A DNA stretch of 54,727 nucleotides from Candidatus Bathyarchaeota archaeon (GTDB lineage Archaea; Thermoproteota; Bathyarchaeia; Bathyarchaeales; Bathycorpusculaceae). The stretch covers positions 1 through 54,727 of the forward strand of contig CAWFFH010000009.1 of NCBI GenBank assembly GCA_963815095.1. Direction: 5' to 3'. Numbering within the stretch: the first letter of the stretch is position 1; each line of letters opens with the position of its first letter. Below are positions 20,974 to 29,668 of this stretch, in pieces. The position numbers were made by a program, and so were the translations under genes. The notes beneath the pieces are model-generated. The model was not told where the DNA came from, made no database searches, and was given only the letters and a program-made list of their open reading frames with translations.

Positions 20974-21071
20974 GATTTTAATCCCATTATCGGGAATTGC
21001 AAGTAGTTAGTTGACGACCATCAGGGTCAGTTTAATAAATATTAGTTAATCCCATTATCGGGAATAGGAAA
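20974..21071 (+). CRISPR. CRISPR mini-array: two 30-nt repeats, one 38-nt spacer
   Basis: GATTTTAATCCCATTATCGGGAATTGCAAG (20974-21003) and TTAGTTAATCCCATTATCGGGAATAGGAAA (21042-21071); 20-nt identical core, TCCC/GGGA hairpin, ATTGCAAG 3' handle; 39 nt after the cas7 stop. Confidence 0.85.
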
Positions 21072-21453
21072 AAAATTTTGTTTGTTTGCCATTTATCTTT
21101 TTTCGATTTTTGTTTTATCCGCTCTTACTGCATACTCGCTCTTTGATCAGTTTTTTCAACTAATAATTTTTCAAAATGCAATTCTATTTATTTCCTTTAT
21201 GGTCTTTTTGGTCGCGTGGCTTAGGTCGATGAGAATGTTTATCTTATTTAATTTGAATTCCATCAGGAAAAACAACATTTTCAAACCGCAATTCGCCTCT
21301 CTCCTTCGATAATTAGTAAATTGATATGCAGATAAATTTTCTCAATAACCCCTTGTCTTAATATGCGGACAATAAAGACAATTCACCTGAGTAAATAGAG
21401 AAAAGAGGGTATACCCATAGGTAACTCCCGGAGTAATCCCCCCAATGCCTCCT

Positions 21454-21491
21454 TATAGGCACCGTTACCTATATAGGCATGGTTCCCTATG
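21454..21491. promoter_or_regulatory. Iterated palindrome TATAGG-N8-CCTATATAGG-N8-CCTATG (copy 1)
   Basis: Read directly; same pattern at 22801-22838. Confidence 0.65.
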
Positions 21492-21507
21492 TTTTGATGG
21501 CGAAAAT

Positions 21508-22743
21508 ATGCAAGAACCCCCATTCATAGTCGGTAGGCCAGTCACAGGGGAGTACTTTGTAGACAGAGAAGACGAACTACATAGGCTTCAGACACTTGTT
21601 GAAGGAGTCCAAAAAGGGGCATCCAGCAACATAGCTTTAATTGGTTTAAGAAGAACAGGGAAAACATCCATTTTAGAAAACCTTGGCGTTCTGCTGAAAC
21701 CGAATACAAAACTTATTCCAGTAACTGTAAATTGCTATGGAATAGCCGCGAAGAGTCGCCTTGCCAAAGTACTAGTCGACACAACAATCGAAAGCTACGT
21801 TTTTAAAACAGGTGATAACGCCTTTCTAACACGAATAAAAAAGGCAATTGGTGAATTTAAGAAATCGGCACTTGCCCAGATAAGTGAAGTGAAATTTGCC
21901 GAGTTTTCTTTAAAGCTTCAAGACAGGAACACAGAGGAAGACATCCTCCTTGAGGACGCTCTGCAGTACATAGAAGCTCTGGCTTTAGAAAAGGAAGTAT
22001 TCTTTGTAGTAATGCTCGACGAATTTCAAGATGTTACCAGATGGGGAGAAGACACTCTCAAGAGGATTCGTACAGTCGTGCAATCACAGAAGAGAGTATG
22101 CTATGTCTTGTCGGGTTCTGCAACAAGTATAATGCGCGATCTAGTTTACAAAAAACGATCTCCATTTTACAGGCAACTAGTCGAAATCCCAATTAAGAAA
22201 CTTGATAAAGTGATTGCTATTGCTTTTCTTAAAAGAAGGTTCGCATGCGTGAAAATGGAAGCAACCGATGCCATTGTAGGGAAGATAGCTACTCTTTCTG
22301 ATGGTTACCCTGATTACATGCAGCGCCTTGGACTCGAACTTTACCTCTTGATAGGACCTGGGCACTCGATAGTCGAGGAAAAAGTCGATAAGGCCTATGA
22401 AGATATGGTCGTTAGTCTAGACGGAGAGTTCGATGATTACTTCAGTAATTTTTCGCCTTTAGAACGGGAAATCCTTGTTGCTCTCGCAATTGGGAATATC
22501 CAGCCAAGTGAAGTAGCGCGGGCTGTGAGAAAACCAATCGAAAACATATCAAAGACTATTACAAAGCTTATGAACTACAGTGTAATCGAGAAACCAATGA
22601 AGGGGCAGTACAGGATAACTGATCCAGTATTCGCAGACTGGCTTAACCGCCGTTTTAAGACCTTTACACTGAAAGTCGAAGCAGTTGATGAAAAAGGCAA
22701 TCAATTGAACGTTCCCTTCAAGATAGAGCAAATTGATCCTTGA
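21508..22743 (+). CDS. Archaeal ATPase (P-loop NTPase with C-terminal wHTH)
   Basis: PFIVGRPV, FVDREDEL, Walker A GLRRTGKT, Walker B MLDEFQ, LSGS, DGYP, Y-x-I-x-DPVF; start placed at ATG 21508. Confidence 0.9.
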   Translation: MQEPPFIVGRPVTGEYFVDREDELHRLQTLVEGVQKGASSNIALIGLRRTGKTSILENLGVLLKPNTKLIPVTVNCYGIAAKSRLAKVLVDTTIESYVFKTGDNAFLTRIKKAIGEFKKSALAQISEVKFAEFSLKLQDRNTEEDILLEDALQYIEALALEKEVFFVVMLDEFQDVTRWGEDTLKRIRTVVQSQKRVCYVLSGSATSIMRDLVYKKRSPFYRQLVEIPIKKLDKVIAIAFLKRRFACVKMEATDAIVGKIATLSDGYPDYMQRLGLELYLLIGPGHSIVEEKVDKAYEDMVVSLDGEFDDYFSNFSPLEREILVALAIGNIQPSEVARAVRKPIENISKTITKLMNYSVIEKPMKGQYRITDPVFADWLNRRFKTFTLKVEAVDEKGNQLNVPFKIEQIDP

Positions 22744-22800
22744 ACAGATTGATTGCTGTCTAAAGTCATCGGAATCGAAACGAGACGGCTATCACATAGA

Positions 22801-22838
22801 TATAGGCGTTTTTCCCTATATAGGATATCACGCCTATG
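22801..22838. promoter_or_regulatory. Iterated palindrome (copy 2)
   Basis: TATAGGCGTTTTTCCCTATATAGGATATCACGCCTATG. Confidence 0.65.
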
Positions 22839-23447
22839 TTTCAAGCAGCAAACCCACTGCGTTGGCGCGCCTAATTTTACTTAAGTCTTGGATATCTACT
22901 GCGCCAGATATTTGGGCAAGCGATAGCTCCAGTCTATTCCTGTTTTCGCCCCCTTCACCCAAAAGTCGGGGTGCGGTTCGTCTGTCTGAAGTACAAACTT
23001 GGCGGAAGAAACCTTGAAACTCCCGTAAATAGACCAATGAGATGAGAAATTTATGATTGGATTCAAGCCTGAAGCGGTTTGAGTCTCTATGGACTTGAAC
23101 CCTGCAGAATTCGAAGCGCATTATGGACGTGAAGGTTTGAACCCTACCAAAGTGAATACATCTTATCCTTTCTTTGCAAAAAGCCAGAAAATAGTAAGAA
23201 ACACGCAGAAAATAAGCAAAAATGTGCAGGGGGTTAGCTTGGCACCGTCGTTTAAACCGTTGTTACAACATATTGTTCAGAATAAAAAGTTTTTACTATT
23301 ATCAGAGATGGTTGGCTTTAATAGTAAAAAATATTTAAGCATCTAAAAGAATATTAAATTTGCTGGAATGGTGTTTGCCTCTCATAAGAGTCCGCCTGCT
23401 TGCATAAAAAGAAAGTTTTAATTAAAGAGTTTTGTGAAACGATACTC

Positions 23448-24035
23448 TTATTGTAGTATCTCGTCCAGTCTACTCTTTTGTATAACGAAAACATTTCCGA
23501 AAAGGTCTTTCTCTGCTTTTTCCTTTCTCTTTGCAAATGCAAGATAAGAGAGCAGTCGTTCCGCAAAATCTATTTTATCATCGAATATTACAACCACCCC
23601 GATCTTTGAAAGAATTGAACAGTTTGTAATGGAACCTAGAACATGTTTGACGTCCTTTGCGGTTGAATTTTCAACCTCAAAAGACATTAGACACCTTGGA
23701 TTTCGGTTTAAATCCAGTACTCGGTTGTACCCATCCCCTAAACTACCATTCTGCAGTTCCTCAACAAAGCGTGCGAGTTCCCTAATGTTCAGTAGATCTG
23801 AAAATAATTCTGCAATGTTGCCTCGACTAAACGAATAAGGTCCGATAGCAACATCACACGCAGGAGAATACAATGGCTCCATTCTCATTTGCTTCTCATC
23901 GCGGATTAATGGATTATTACAATCCATTGATAGAATGTCTTCCGGAATGCTTCTGCTCAGTGGGTCAAAAAACCGTTCATGAAGCCTTTCTCTAAGTTGC
24001 CCTAAATACACGCGAGTTGGATTTGGAGTTGACAT
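23448..24035 (-). CDS. Putative PD-(D/E)XK restriction-endonuclease-like protein
   Basis: CDVAIGP...FEVENSTAKDVKH; probable start ATG 24035. Confidence 0.6.
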   Translation of the reverse strand: MSTPNPTRVYLGQLRERLHERFFDPLSRSIPEDILSMDCNNPLIRDEKQMRMEPLYSPACDVAIGPYSFSRGNIAELFSDLLNIRELARFVEELQNGSLGDGYNRVLDLNRNPRCLMSFEVENSTAKDVKHVLGSITNCSILSKIGVVVIFDDKIDFAERLLSYLAFAKRKEKAEKDLFGNVFVIQKSRLDEILQ

Positions 24036-24337
24036 TTTTTCACAACTTACTTTTCTACAAAACTTGTACTTGACACTTTCCCCTTTGCTACCGCTGTGTT
24101 CCTGCTGGGGTGATGACACGGGGGGATACCAAGAAGCCCAGATGCTCAGGCACTTGCATAAATGGCAAAATGTAACATCCAATAGGGGACATAACTATCT
24201 CTTACTTGAACATAAACCCCAACTTTTCTTTCCTTGTAAAAACTTATATGTCAAATAAACCCCTTTGAATTAACAATCGCCAAATCGCTAAGGCGTATAA
24301 TCTTTCAAAGAGGACCGCAAATAGGAGTAACTGACGG

Positions 24338-25600
24338 TTGTCTGGTAATCTGCCAAACACAAAAGTGGACACTAAAGATCCAGGGGACATAGTTCAAAAC
24401 AGGTTTAGATTCCAAGCAGCCTTCGCTGGATATACTTCACTACGACTTCTGGGCAACAATTCGGAATACGAATGTGTTTACTGCGAACAGCTTGAAGACG
24501 TCTTGGTTAAGCTAAAGAATGGGTTGTTTACAGGCATACAGGTCAAAACCAAAGACAAGTCTCAGGGACCATTCAGGTTTAATGACGATGAAATAATGCA
24601 AAGTATAAAACGTTTTGTTAAACACGAACTTGAATTTCCCGATTCTTTTTCAAACTACATCATCAGCACAAACGCAGGGTTTACATCAGGAACAAATGAT
24701 GACAATCTAAAACTAATTTTGGAAACTGTAAAGAAGCATAAAGCTTCAACCAAATGTCTAAAAGAATTAGACTTTTCACAGAAATTGGAAAAGTTGAGCA
24801 AATTAGCGAACTGCAAAAAAAGCCTATCTCTTTCTGTTCTCAACAAACTTGGCGTAATCGATTGGGCAGATTTAGATAACTATAAGACCATTCTTGCGCA
24901 CGACATTGGAGTTATAACCGGAAATGCCCACCAGCCGTCTTTTATTCTTGAGGCAATTGCAGAGGAGCTTATTACCCTAACCTCAAAAGCAGCCTGCCGT
25001 TCAACTGATTTAACAGAACCATCCTACTACAAATTACTTAGAGCACCTGAAGCCGCAATTTCCGATTCGGTCTTAGCAAATAAACGAATCTCGTTGGACA
25101 TGGTTGATGCATGTTTAAACAAGCATTTGCACTCAGTCATTACATTGCAAAGCATTGGTCCCAGCCCAATTTTGCTTAAACCCAAAGGCACAAAGATAAT
25201 GGAAATTAAAATGAAAGAGGGTTGCGTCAGCGCCGAAAACATTGAATTAATGAAAGACAACAACTATTCTGCTCGCAGACTTTTTATTGGCTGGCTTTAT
25301 AAATGGGGAAAGACTGAAGCTGAACGCCAAGCTGACCATCTTTCACTTCTAGTTAGAAATGATTGCCAAGAAGCAAAGGATTCAGCTGAGAATGAAGCTT
25401 CCAAAAGAGGCGCCGCTGCTTATGGGGCTGAAATGTTACAAGATATCCGTGAGAGATTGAGAAAAAGTCATTCCACATTATTGAGTGGCTATGAAGACCT
25501 CCAATATCCACACTTATTAGGAATTGCGGGGGTTCTTACCGAAGAATGCAAACTGTGGTGGAGCAAACAATTCCCTATCGAGAAACAGGAGAATTCGTAA
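24338..25600 (+). CDS. Lamassu LmuA-like effector: Cap4/DUF4297 endonuclease plus ABC-3C C-terminal domain
   Basis: RFRFQ, CEQLEDVLV, GIQVKTK nuclease motifs; C-terminal GIAGVLTEECKLWW. Confidence 0.82.
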   Translation: MSGNLPNTKVDTKDPGDIVQNRFRFQAAFAGYTSLRLLGNNSEYECVYCEQLEDVLVKLKNGLFTGIQVKTKDKSQGPFRFNDDEIMQSIKRFVKHELEFPDSFSNYIISTNAGFTSGTNDDNLKLILETVKKHKASTKCLKELDFSQKLEKLSKLANCKKSLSLSVLNKLGVIDWADLDNYKTILAHDIGVITGNAHQPSFILEAIAEELITLTSKAACRSTDLTEPSYYKLLRAPEAAISDSVLANKRISLDMVDACLNKHLHSVITLQSIGPSPILLKPKGTKIMEIKMKEGCVSAENIELMKDNNYSARRLFIGWLYKWGKTEAERQADHLSLLVRNDCQEAKDSAENEASKRGAAAYGAEMLQDIRERLRKSHSTLLSGYEDLQYPHLLGIAGVLTEECKLWWSKQFPIEKQENS

Positions 25601-26154
25601 TGGATCTTTTCAAAACATTAGCTGATCTTGAAGAAAATCCGAAATTACACCTATCTCGGCTCTTAGTGTTGCTCAGGGCATTTGAAAGCAAAAAAGGCGG
25701 TCAAGGTATCGACGGTAAAACTAAGCTAGTTAAGCTCGATTTTCTACTTAGGTACCCTGTCTTTTTAGAACGTGCGCTCAAAGAAAAGGAAATTCCCGAA
25801 AACACTATTGCAGTAATGGATTATGAGCGCAACAGCATTGAGTCGACAATGATACGCTATCGCTTCGGCCCATGGGACCCCCGTTACGACACCTTTATCA
25901 ATTTGCTCATCGGGTTGGGACTGTGCGCTCTGACCAAGGAGAATCGCATGGTTTACATTGGTCTAACCCAGAAAGGATACGAAGTGGCGACCCAACTATC
26001 AAAAGCTGAGGAATTTGAGAATATAACCAATCGAGCGCAAGTATTAAAAAAGCACTTTGACCAAGGCGGCACCAGCCTCATGCACTTTATTTACGATACG
26101 TTCCCAGAAATTGTTTCGCTAAAATCCGGGGAGACTATAAAGTATGAATATTAA
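25600..26154 (+). CDS. Lamassu LmuC / ABC-3C middle component
   Basis: KLDFLLRYP, RYRFGPWDPRY, wHTH-like LTQKG; TAATG overlap with the upstream gene. Confidence 0.78.
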   Translation: MDLFKTLADLEENPKLHLSRLLVLLRAFESKKGGQGIDGKTKLVKLDFLLRYPVFLERALKEKEIPENTIAVMDYERNSIESTMIRYRFGPWDPRYDTFINLLIGLGLCALTKENRMVYIGLTQKGYEVATQLSKAEEFENITNRAQVLKKHFDQGGTSLMHFIYDTFPEIVSLKSGETIKYEY

Positions 26155-28090
26155 ATTTAAGACGCTTGCCTTAACTTGCAAGCAATCTAAAGAGATTATA
26201 GATTTCTCACCAAGATTATCACTTTTCTATGGAAAAATGTCGTCAGGTAAATCCACTATCGCCCGTCTAGTGGACTACTGCCTAGGCGGTGACCTGCAGC
26301 GTACGACAGCAATTGGTAAAGAGCTTACTTCAGTCCAACTTGAAGCAACGATAGGGCAATATGACGTGATTTTTGAGCGACCTGAATCCGGTTCAGACCA
26401 AGTCCAAGTAACATGGACGACTAAAGATGGGCTATACGGTAGCGTGTCGGCACCCACAGGAAGTTCACAAACGCCGATATGGGAAGGAAACATCTGCAAT
26501 TTGAGCGATCTCCTCTTTTACTTCTTAGGTGTTGAACCTCTAAGAATACCCAGTTCCCAATCTTCTGAGCAACAACAACCGGTACGTTTGAGCTTCCGAA
26601 ACTTTATGTGGTATTGCTACCTCCAACAACACCTTTTAGATTCATCATTCTATTGGCTTAAAACAGAATACAAGCAGAGAAACAGTCGCTATGTTCTTGA
26701 TTATATTGTAGGTGCATATAGCGACAAGCTATCAGCCCTCAAAACAGAGATAGGGAAAATCAAGGACGAGAAAAGTAGGAAAAAAACGGAGATCGAAAGC
26801 ATAAGACCGTTTTTGGAGAAATTTGGTTATAGCTCCGAGGATTTGCTGTTAAAGGAAATAAAAACTGAAGAAGAGACCCTATTCCAAGTCAACGCGGAAT
26901 TAGCGCAGATAAAAAAAGGGTACACCAGTGAAACACATTTTGTAGATGAACTCAGACATCAGCTTAGATTATTGGAAAGCGACCTGTCTGATCGTGAGGA
27001 AGCGTTAGGAGACATACGAAAAAGAATCAATGAGCAAACGACTTTGAAAGCTGAACTTATTGCCACCAAATTCAAACTCGTACGTTCGGTATCAGCTACA
27101 AACATTCTTGATAATGTTAGCTTCGAAATATGCCCTTCTTGCGGAGCCAAAATTGAAGAGACAATTGATACCGAAACGGATACTTGCCATTTGTGCAAAC
27201 AAACGCATCCCCAGCAAAGCGAGGTGAACGCTGCAAAGGCTGATATAGTTAAGTTGGATCTCGACGCTAGGATTTTCGAACTTGAAGATTCTATCAATCG
27301 TCAGACGAAGGAGCAAGAAAAACAAAAACAAGAGTACTCAGAACTTAGAGTTAAGAAAAATGCTATGGACTCAAAACTTGCTGAGGCACTAAAAACATAT
27401 GATTCCAACTTTCTGGCGGCATCTCGCCAAATGGAGCGCAAAATAGCAGCTTCCGAAGAAAAAATTCAGAACCTAAGAAAATCAGCAATGATGCCAAGAG
27501 CGGTAAATGCTCTCGAAGACGAGATAATGAACTTGGACGCCAAAGAACAAAAACTTAACTTGGAATTCGAGAGAGAGAAAGACACATTTATCACCGCCGA
27601 AGAACTGATAAAAGAAATCGAAAAAAGCTATTTGAATGCTCTAATCGCTATTGGCCTTCAAGGCGTTAATCCAGACGACAAAGTAGAAATTGACAGAACC
27701 TCTTGGATTCCGTATATTTTAGAGCATGGAAACAAAGAACATGCCTGGGATTTCTTCAACGCGGGAAGCGGTGGAAAAATGACAATTCTCAATGTGTGCT
27801 ATGCGCTTGCAATACACAAAGTAGCTGCCGAAAAGAAATTACCACTTCCTAATTTCCTTATAATCTACTCCCCAATGAAAAACGTTGGAAAGGGCGTAAA
27901 CCAAGAGGTCTTTGAAGCTTTCTACAAATATCTCTATAGTCTTGCCTTGGGTCCATTGGCTGATACGCAGTTGATAATACTAGAAACTGATTATGTTGAA
28001 CCTCCTGAAGAGCTTCCAAAAATGGTTAGAAAAATGACTCCTGATGACCCTAATTTTCCGCCGCTGATCCGGTACTACCGAGGCCCCTAA
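26144..28090 (+). CDS. Lamassu LmuB-like SMC/Rad50 ABC ATPase
   Basis: Walker A GKMSSGKS, YLQQ, coiled coils with CPSC/CHLC, signature GSGG, Walker B region FLIIYSP. Confidence 0.85.
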   Translation: MNIKFKTLALTCKQSKEIIDFSPRLSLFYGKMSSGKSTIARLVDYCLGGDLQRTTAIGKELTSVQLEATIGQYDVIFERPESGSDQVQVTWTTKDGLYGSVSAPTGSSQTPIWEGNICNLSDLLFYFLGVEPLRIPSSQSSEQQQPVRLSFRNFMWYCYLQQHLLDSSFYWLKTEYKQRNSRYVLDYIVGAYSDKLSALKTEIGKIKDEKSRKKTEIESIRPFLEKFGYSSEDLLLKEIKTEEETLFQVNAELAQIKKGYTSETHFVDELRHQLRLLESDLSDREEALGDIRKRINEQTTLKAELIATKFKLVRSVSATNILDNVSFEICPSCGAKIEETIDTETDTCHLCKQTHPQQSEVNAAKADIVKLDLDARIFELEDSINRQTKEQEKQKQEYSELRVKKNAMDSKLAEALKTYDSNFLAASRQMERKIAASEEKIQNLRKSAMMPRAVNALEDEIMNLDAKEQKLNLEFEREKDTFITAEELIKEIEKSYLNALIAIGLQGVNPDDKVEIDRTSWIPYILEHGNKEHAWDFFNAGSGGKMTILNVCYALAIHKVAAEKKLPLPNFLIIYSPMKNVGKGVNQEVFEAFYKYLYSLALGPLADTQLIILETDYVEPPEELPKMVRKMTPDDPNFPPLIRYYRGP

Positions 28091-28333
28091 CACCACACGT
28101 AGAAAAGCTCAACGATAAGTAAAATTGCAGTCCGACACTTCTCTCCTATTTGCTACACAAGAATGCTTTAATTGGCATAAAACCACAGCAGAAAGCTGGT
28201 GGTAACGTGATAGACCCCTTGCAAGGCAACCCTGTTAAAGCCATTTTCCTCAAAGGCGATCCGTGCTGAATGCGATAGGATCCGCCTCCCGCAATCCTTT
28301 CGATACCTTACCTTAGAAAGTATAGGATTCCAA

Positions 28334-28555
28334 TCAAGCTAATTTTAGAAATCTTAAATACCTAAATGACCAAAAAAATTGGCTGGTACCATAAAATTTG
28401 CTGTTTGTTCTGGGTTTCAGAAACTCTTCGAAGAAAGTACCTTGTTGTTTGTATGACAAACCAAAATCAAAGAAAATTGACGATTTCTCTGACTTCGCCA
28501 AAATTTTGTTACCGCCAATTTCGTTTACTCCGCCATAAAACGTAAGTTCGACCAT
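28334..28555 (-). pseudogene. Truncated MBL-fold hydrolase (RNase J-like N-terminus)
   Basis: LTFYGGVNEIGGNKIL...FDFG; ends before the HxHxDH motif. Confidence 0.75.
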
Positions 28556-28954
28556 GGTTTCTGCGCCTATTAACCATTAGAGTAAAGTCGCTATTTGAGT
28601 TTTCTGAACTTTGGCTCCCTTCAAATTAGTGGCGTGACTTGAGTTGAGCCCAAACTCGTAGTGTAAGGTCCGATTGTTTAATCTTCATTTTTTTCTAAAT
28701 CTTCTTTAAGCAATTCTTGCAATAGAATGAAAAAGCGAATACTTCTTGAGACATACAGTTCTTGATCGTTTTGCCATGACCAGTATCTAAGTAAGCTTCT
28801 TCGAAAGGGAATTTATTTTTGCAGTTTGCGCAGGAAAAAACTAGAGTTATTTTGGGTCCTCGTTGTGAAGACTGCGGGAAGTTGACGTTTTTCGTTTTAA
28901 AATCTTTTTTTACCAAAAGCAAACGCTCGCATTTGCTAAGACATCGAGAATCAT

Positions 28955-29155
28955 CTACTTTTCCGAAACATACATTTTTGCTCTTCCAACTGTCCTCGAA
29001 ATCTTCACTTTTCCACACTTTTCTAACCCAAAAACGTATTTCGAAATGGTGTTCCGGTGAACGCCGGTTTTTGCGGCTATTTCTTCTATAGAGAAGTCTT
29101 TTGGATACTCTTTCTGAAGGAATTCCAAGACTATTTTTTCGATATCTTGGCTCAT
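28955..29155 (-). CDS. Small winged-HTH regulator
   Basis: SIEEIAAKTGVHRNTISKY...GRAKMY; probable start ATG 29155. Confidence 0.8.
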   Translation of the reverse strand: MSQDIEKIVLEFLQKEYPKDFSIEEIAAKTGVHRNTISKYVFGLEKCGKVKISRTVGRAKMYVSEK

Positions 29156-29244
29156 TTTGTTGTGCACTGGTGAACATCGTTATCAAACAATGCTTATATA
29201 GTTGGTTGTTTATTAATGTTGTGCATTAACGCACAGCATTAAAG

Positions 29245-29667
29245 GTGACGAAAATGGAGAAAAAACATATGGAGAATATGGAAAAAAAGAGTATAGACCA
29301 TATAATAAAAGAAGAAAATGATCGAAAAAAAACTATGAATTTAGATGAAAGCTCTCAATTAGCAGCTATTTACGTTTCCGACGAAGCAAAAAAAGAAGTC
29401 GCCATTTCGAGACAAGTGGAGGAATGTCAAAAGTTTCTGAGTGACAGGGGGATGCTGTTTTCTGGTGATTTATTCATCGCAAAGGAAGGAGCTGAATGCA
29501 TAAACGAACTGATAAGAGCTCGAGCTACATCTGGACGATTTCAGTATATGATTTCTTATCTTCTTTATCCAAGTAAATCAAAAGAAATTTTCCTCGGGGT
29601 AATCATCGCTTGGAACGTTAAAAACTTCTTGGGAACTATTCATTCAAAAATCGCTTTGAAGGAATAA
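29245..29667 (+). CDS. Degenerate serine-recombinase (resolvase)-like protein
   Basis: AAIYVS...ISRQVEECQKF resembles the resolvase N-terminus; the YxRVS and DRxxR motifs are absent. Confidence 0.4.
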   Translation: MTKMEKKHMENMEKKSIDHIIKEENDRKKTMNLDESSQLAAIYVSDEAKKEVAISRQVEECQKFLSDRGMLFSGDLFIAKEGAECINELIRARATSGRFQYMISYLLYPSKSKEIFLGVIIAWNVKNFLGTIHSKIALKE

Positions 29668-29668
29668 T

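Noticed and set aside
21082-21312. 76-aa hydrophobic ORF after the mini-array (possible membrane effector or toxin)
   Set aside because: TTG start in a T-rich tract, which yields Phe/Leu-rich translations by composition; no independent support
21445-21507. N-terminal extension MPPYRHRYLYRHG of the ATPase
   Set aside because: It is the translation of the palindromic repeat; family-like sequence begins at ATG 21508
28695-29186. 163-aa minus-strand ORF with CxxC pairs overlapping the HTH gene
   Set aside because: The N-terminal part is an alternate frame of the wHTH gene; the C-terminal Zn-finger part (~28695-28950) could be a small real gene, but no start can be defined
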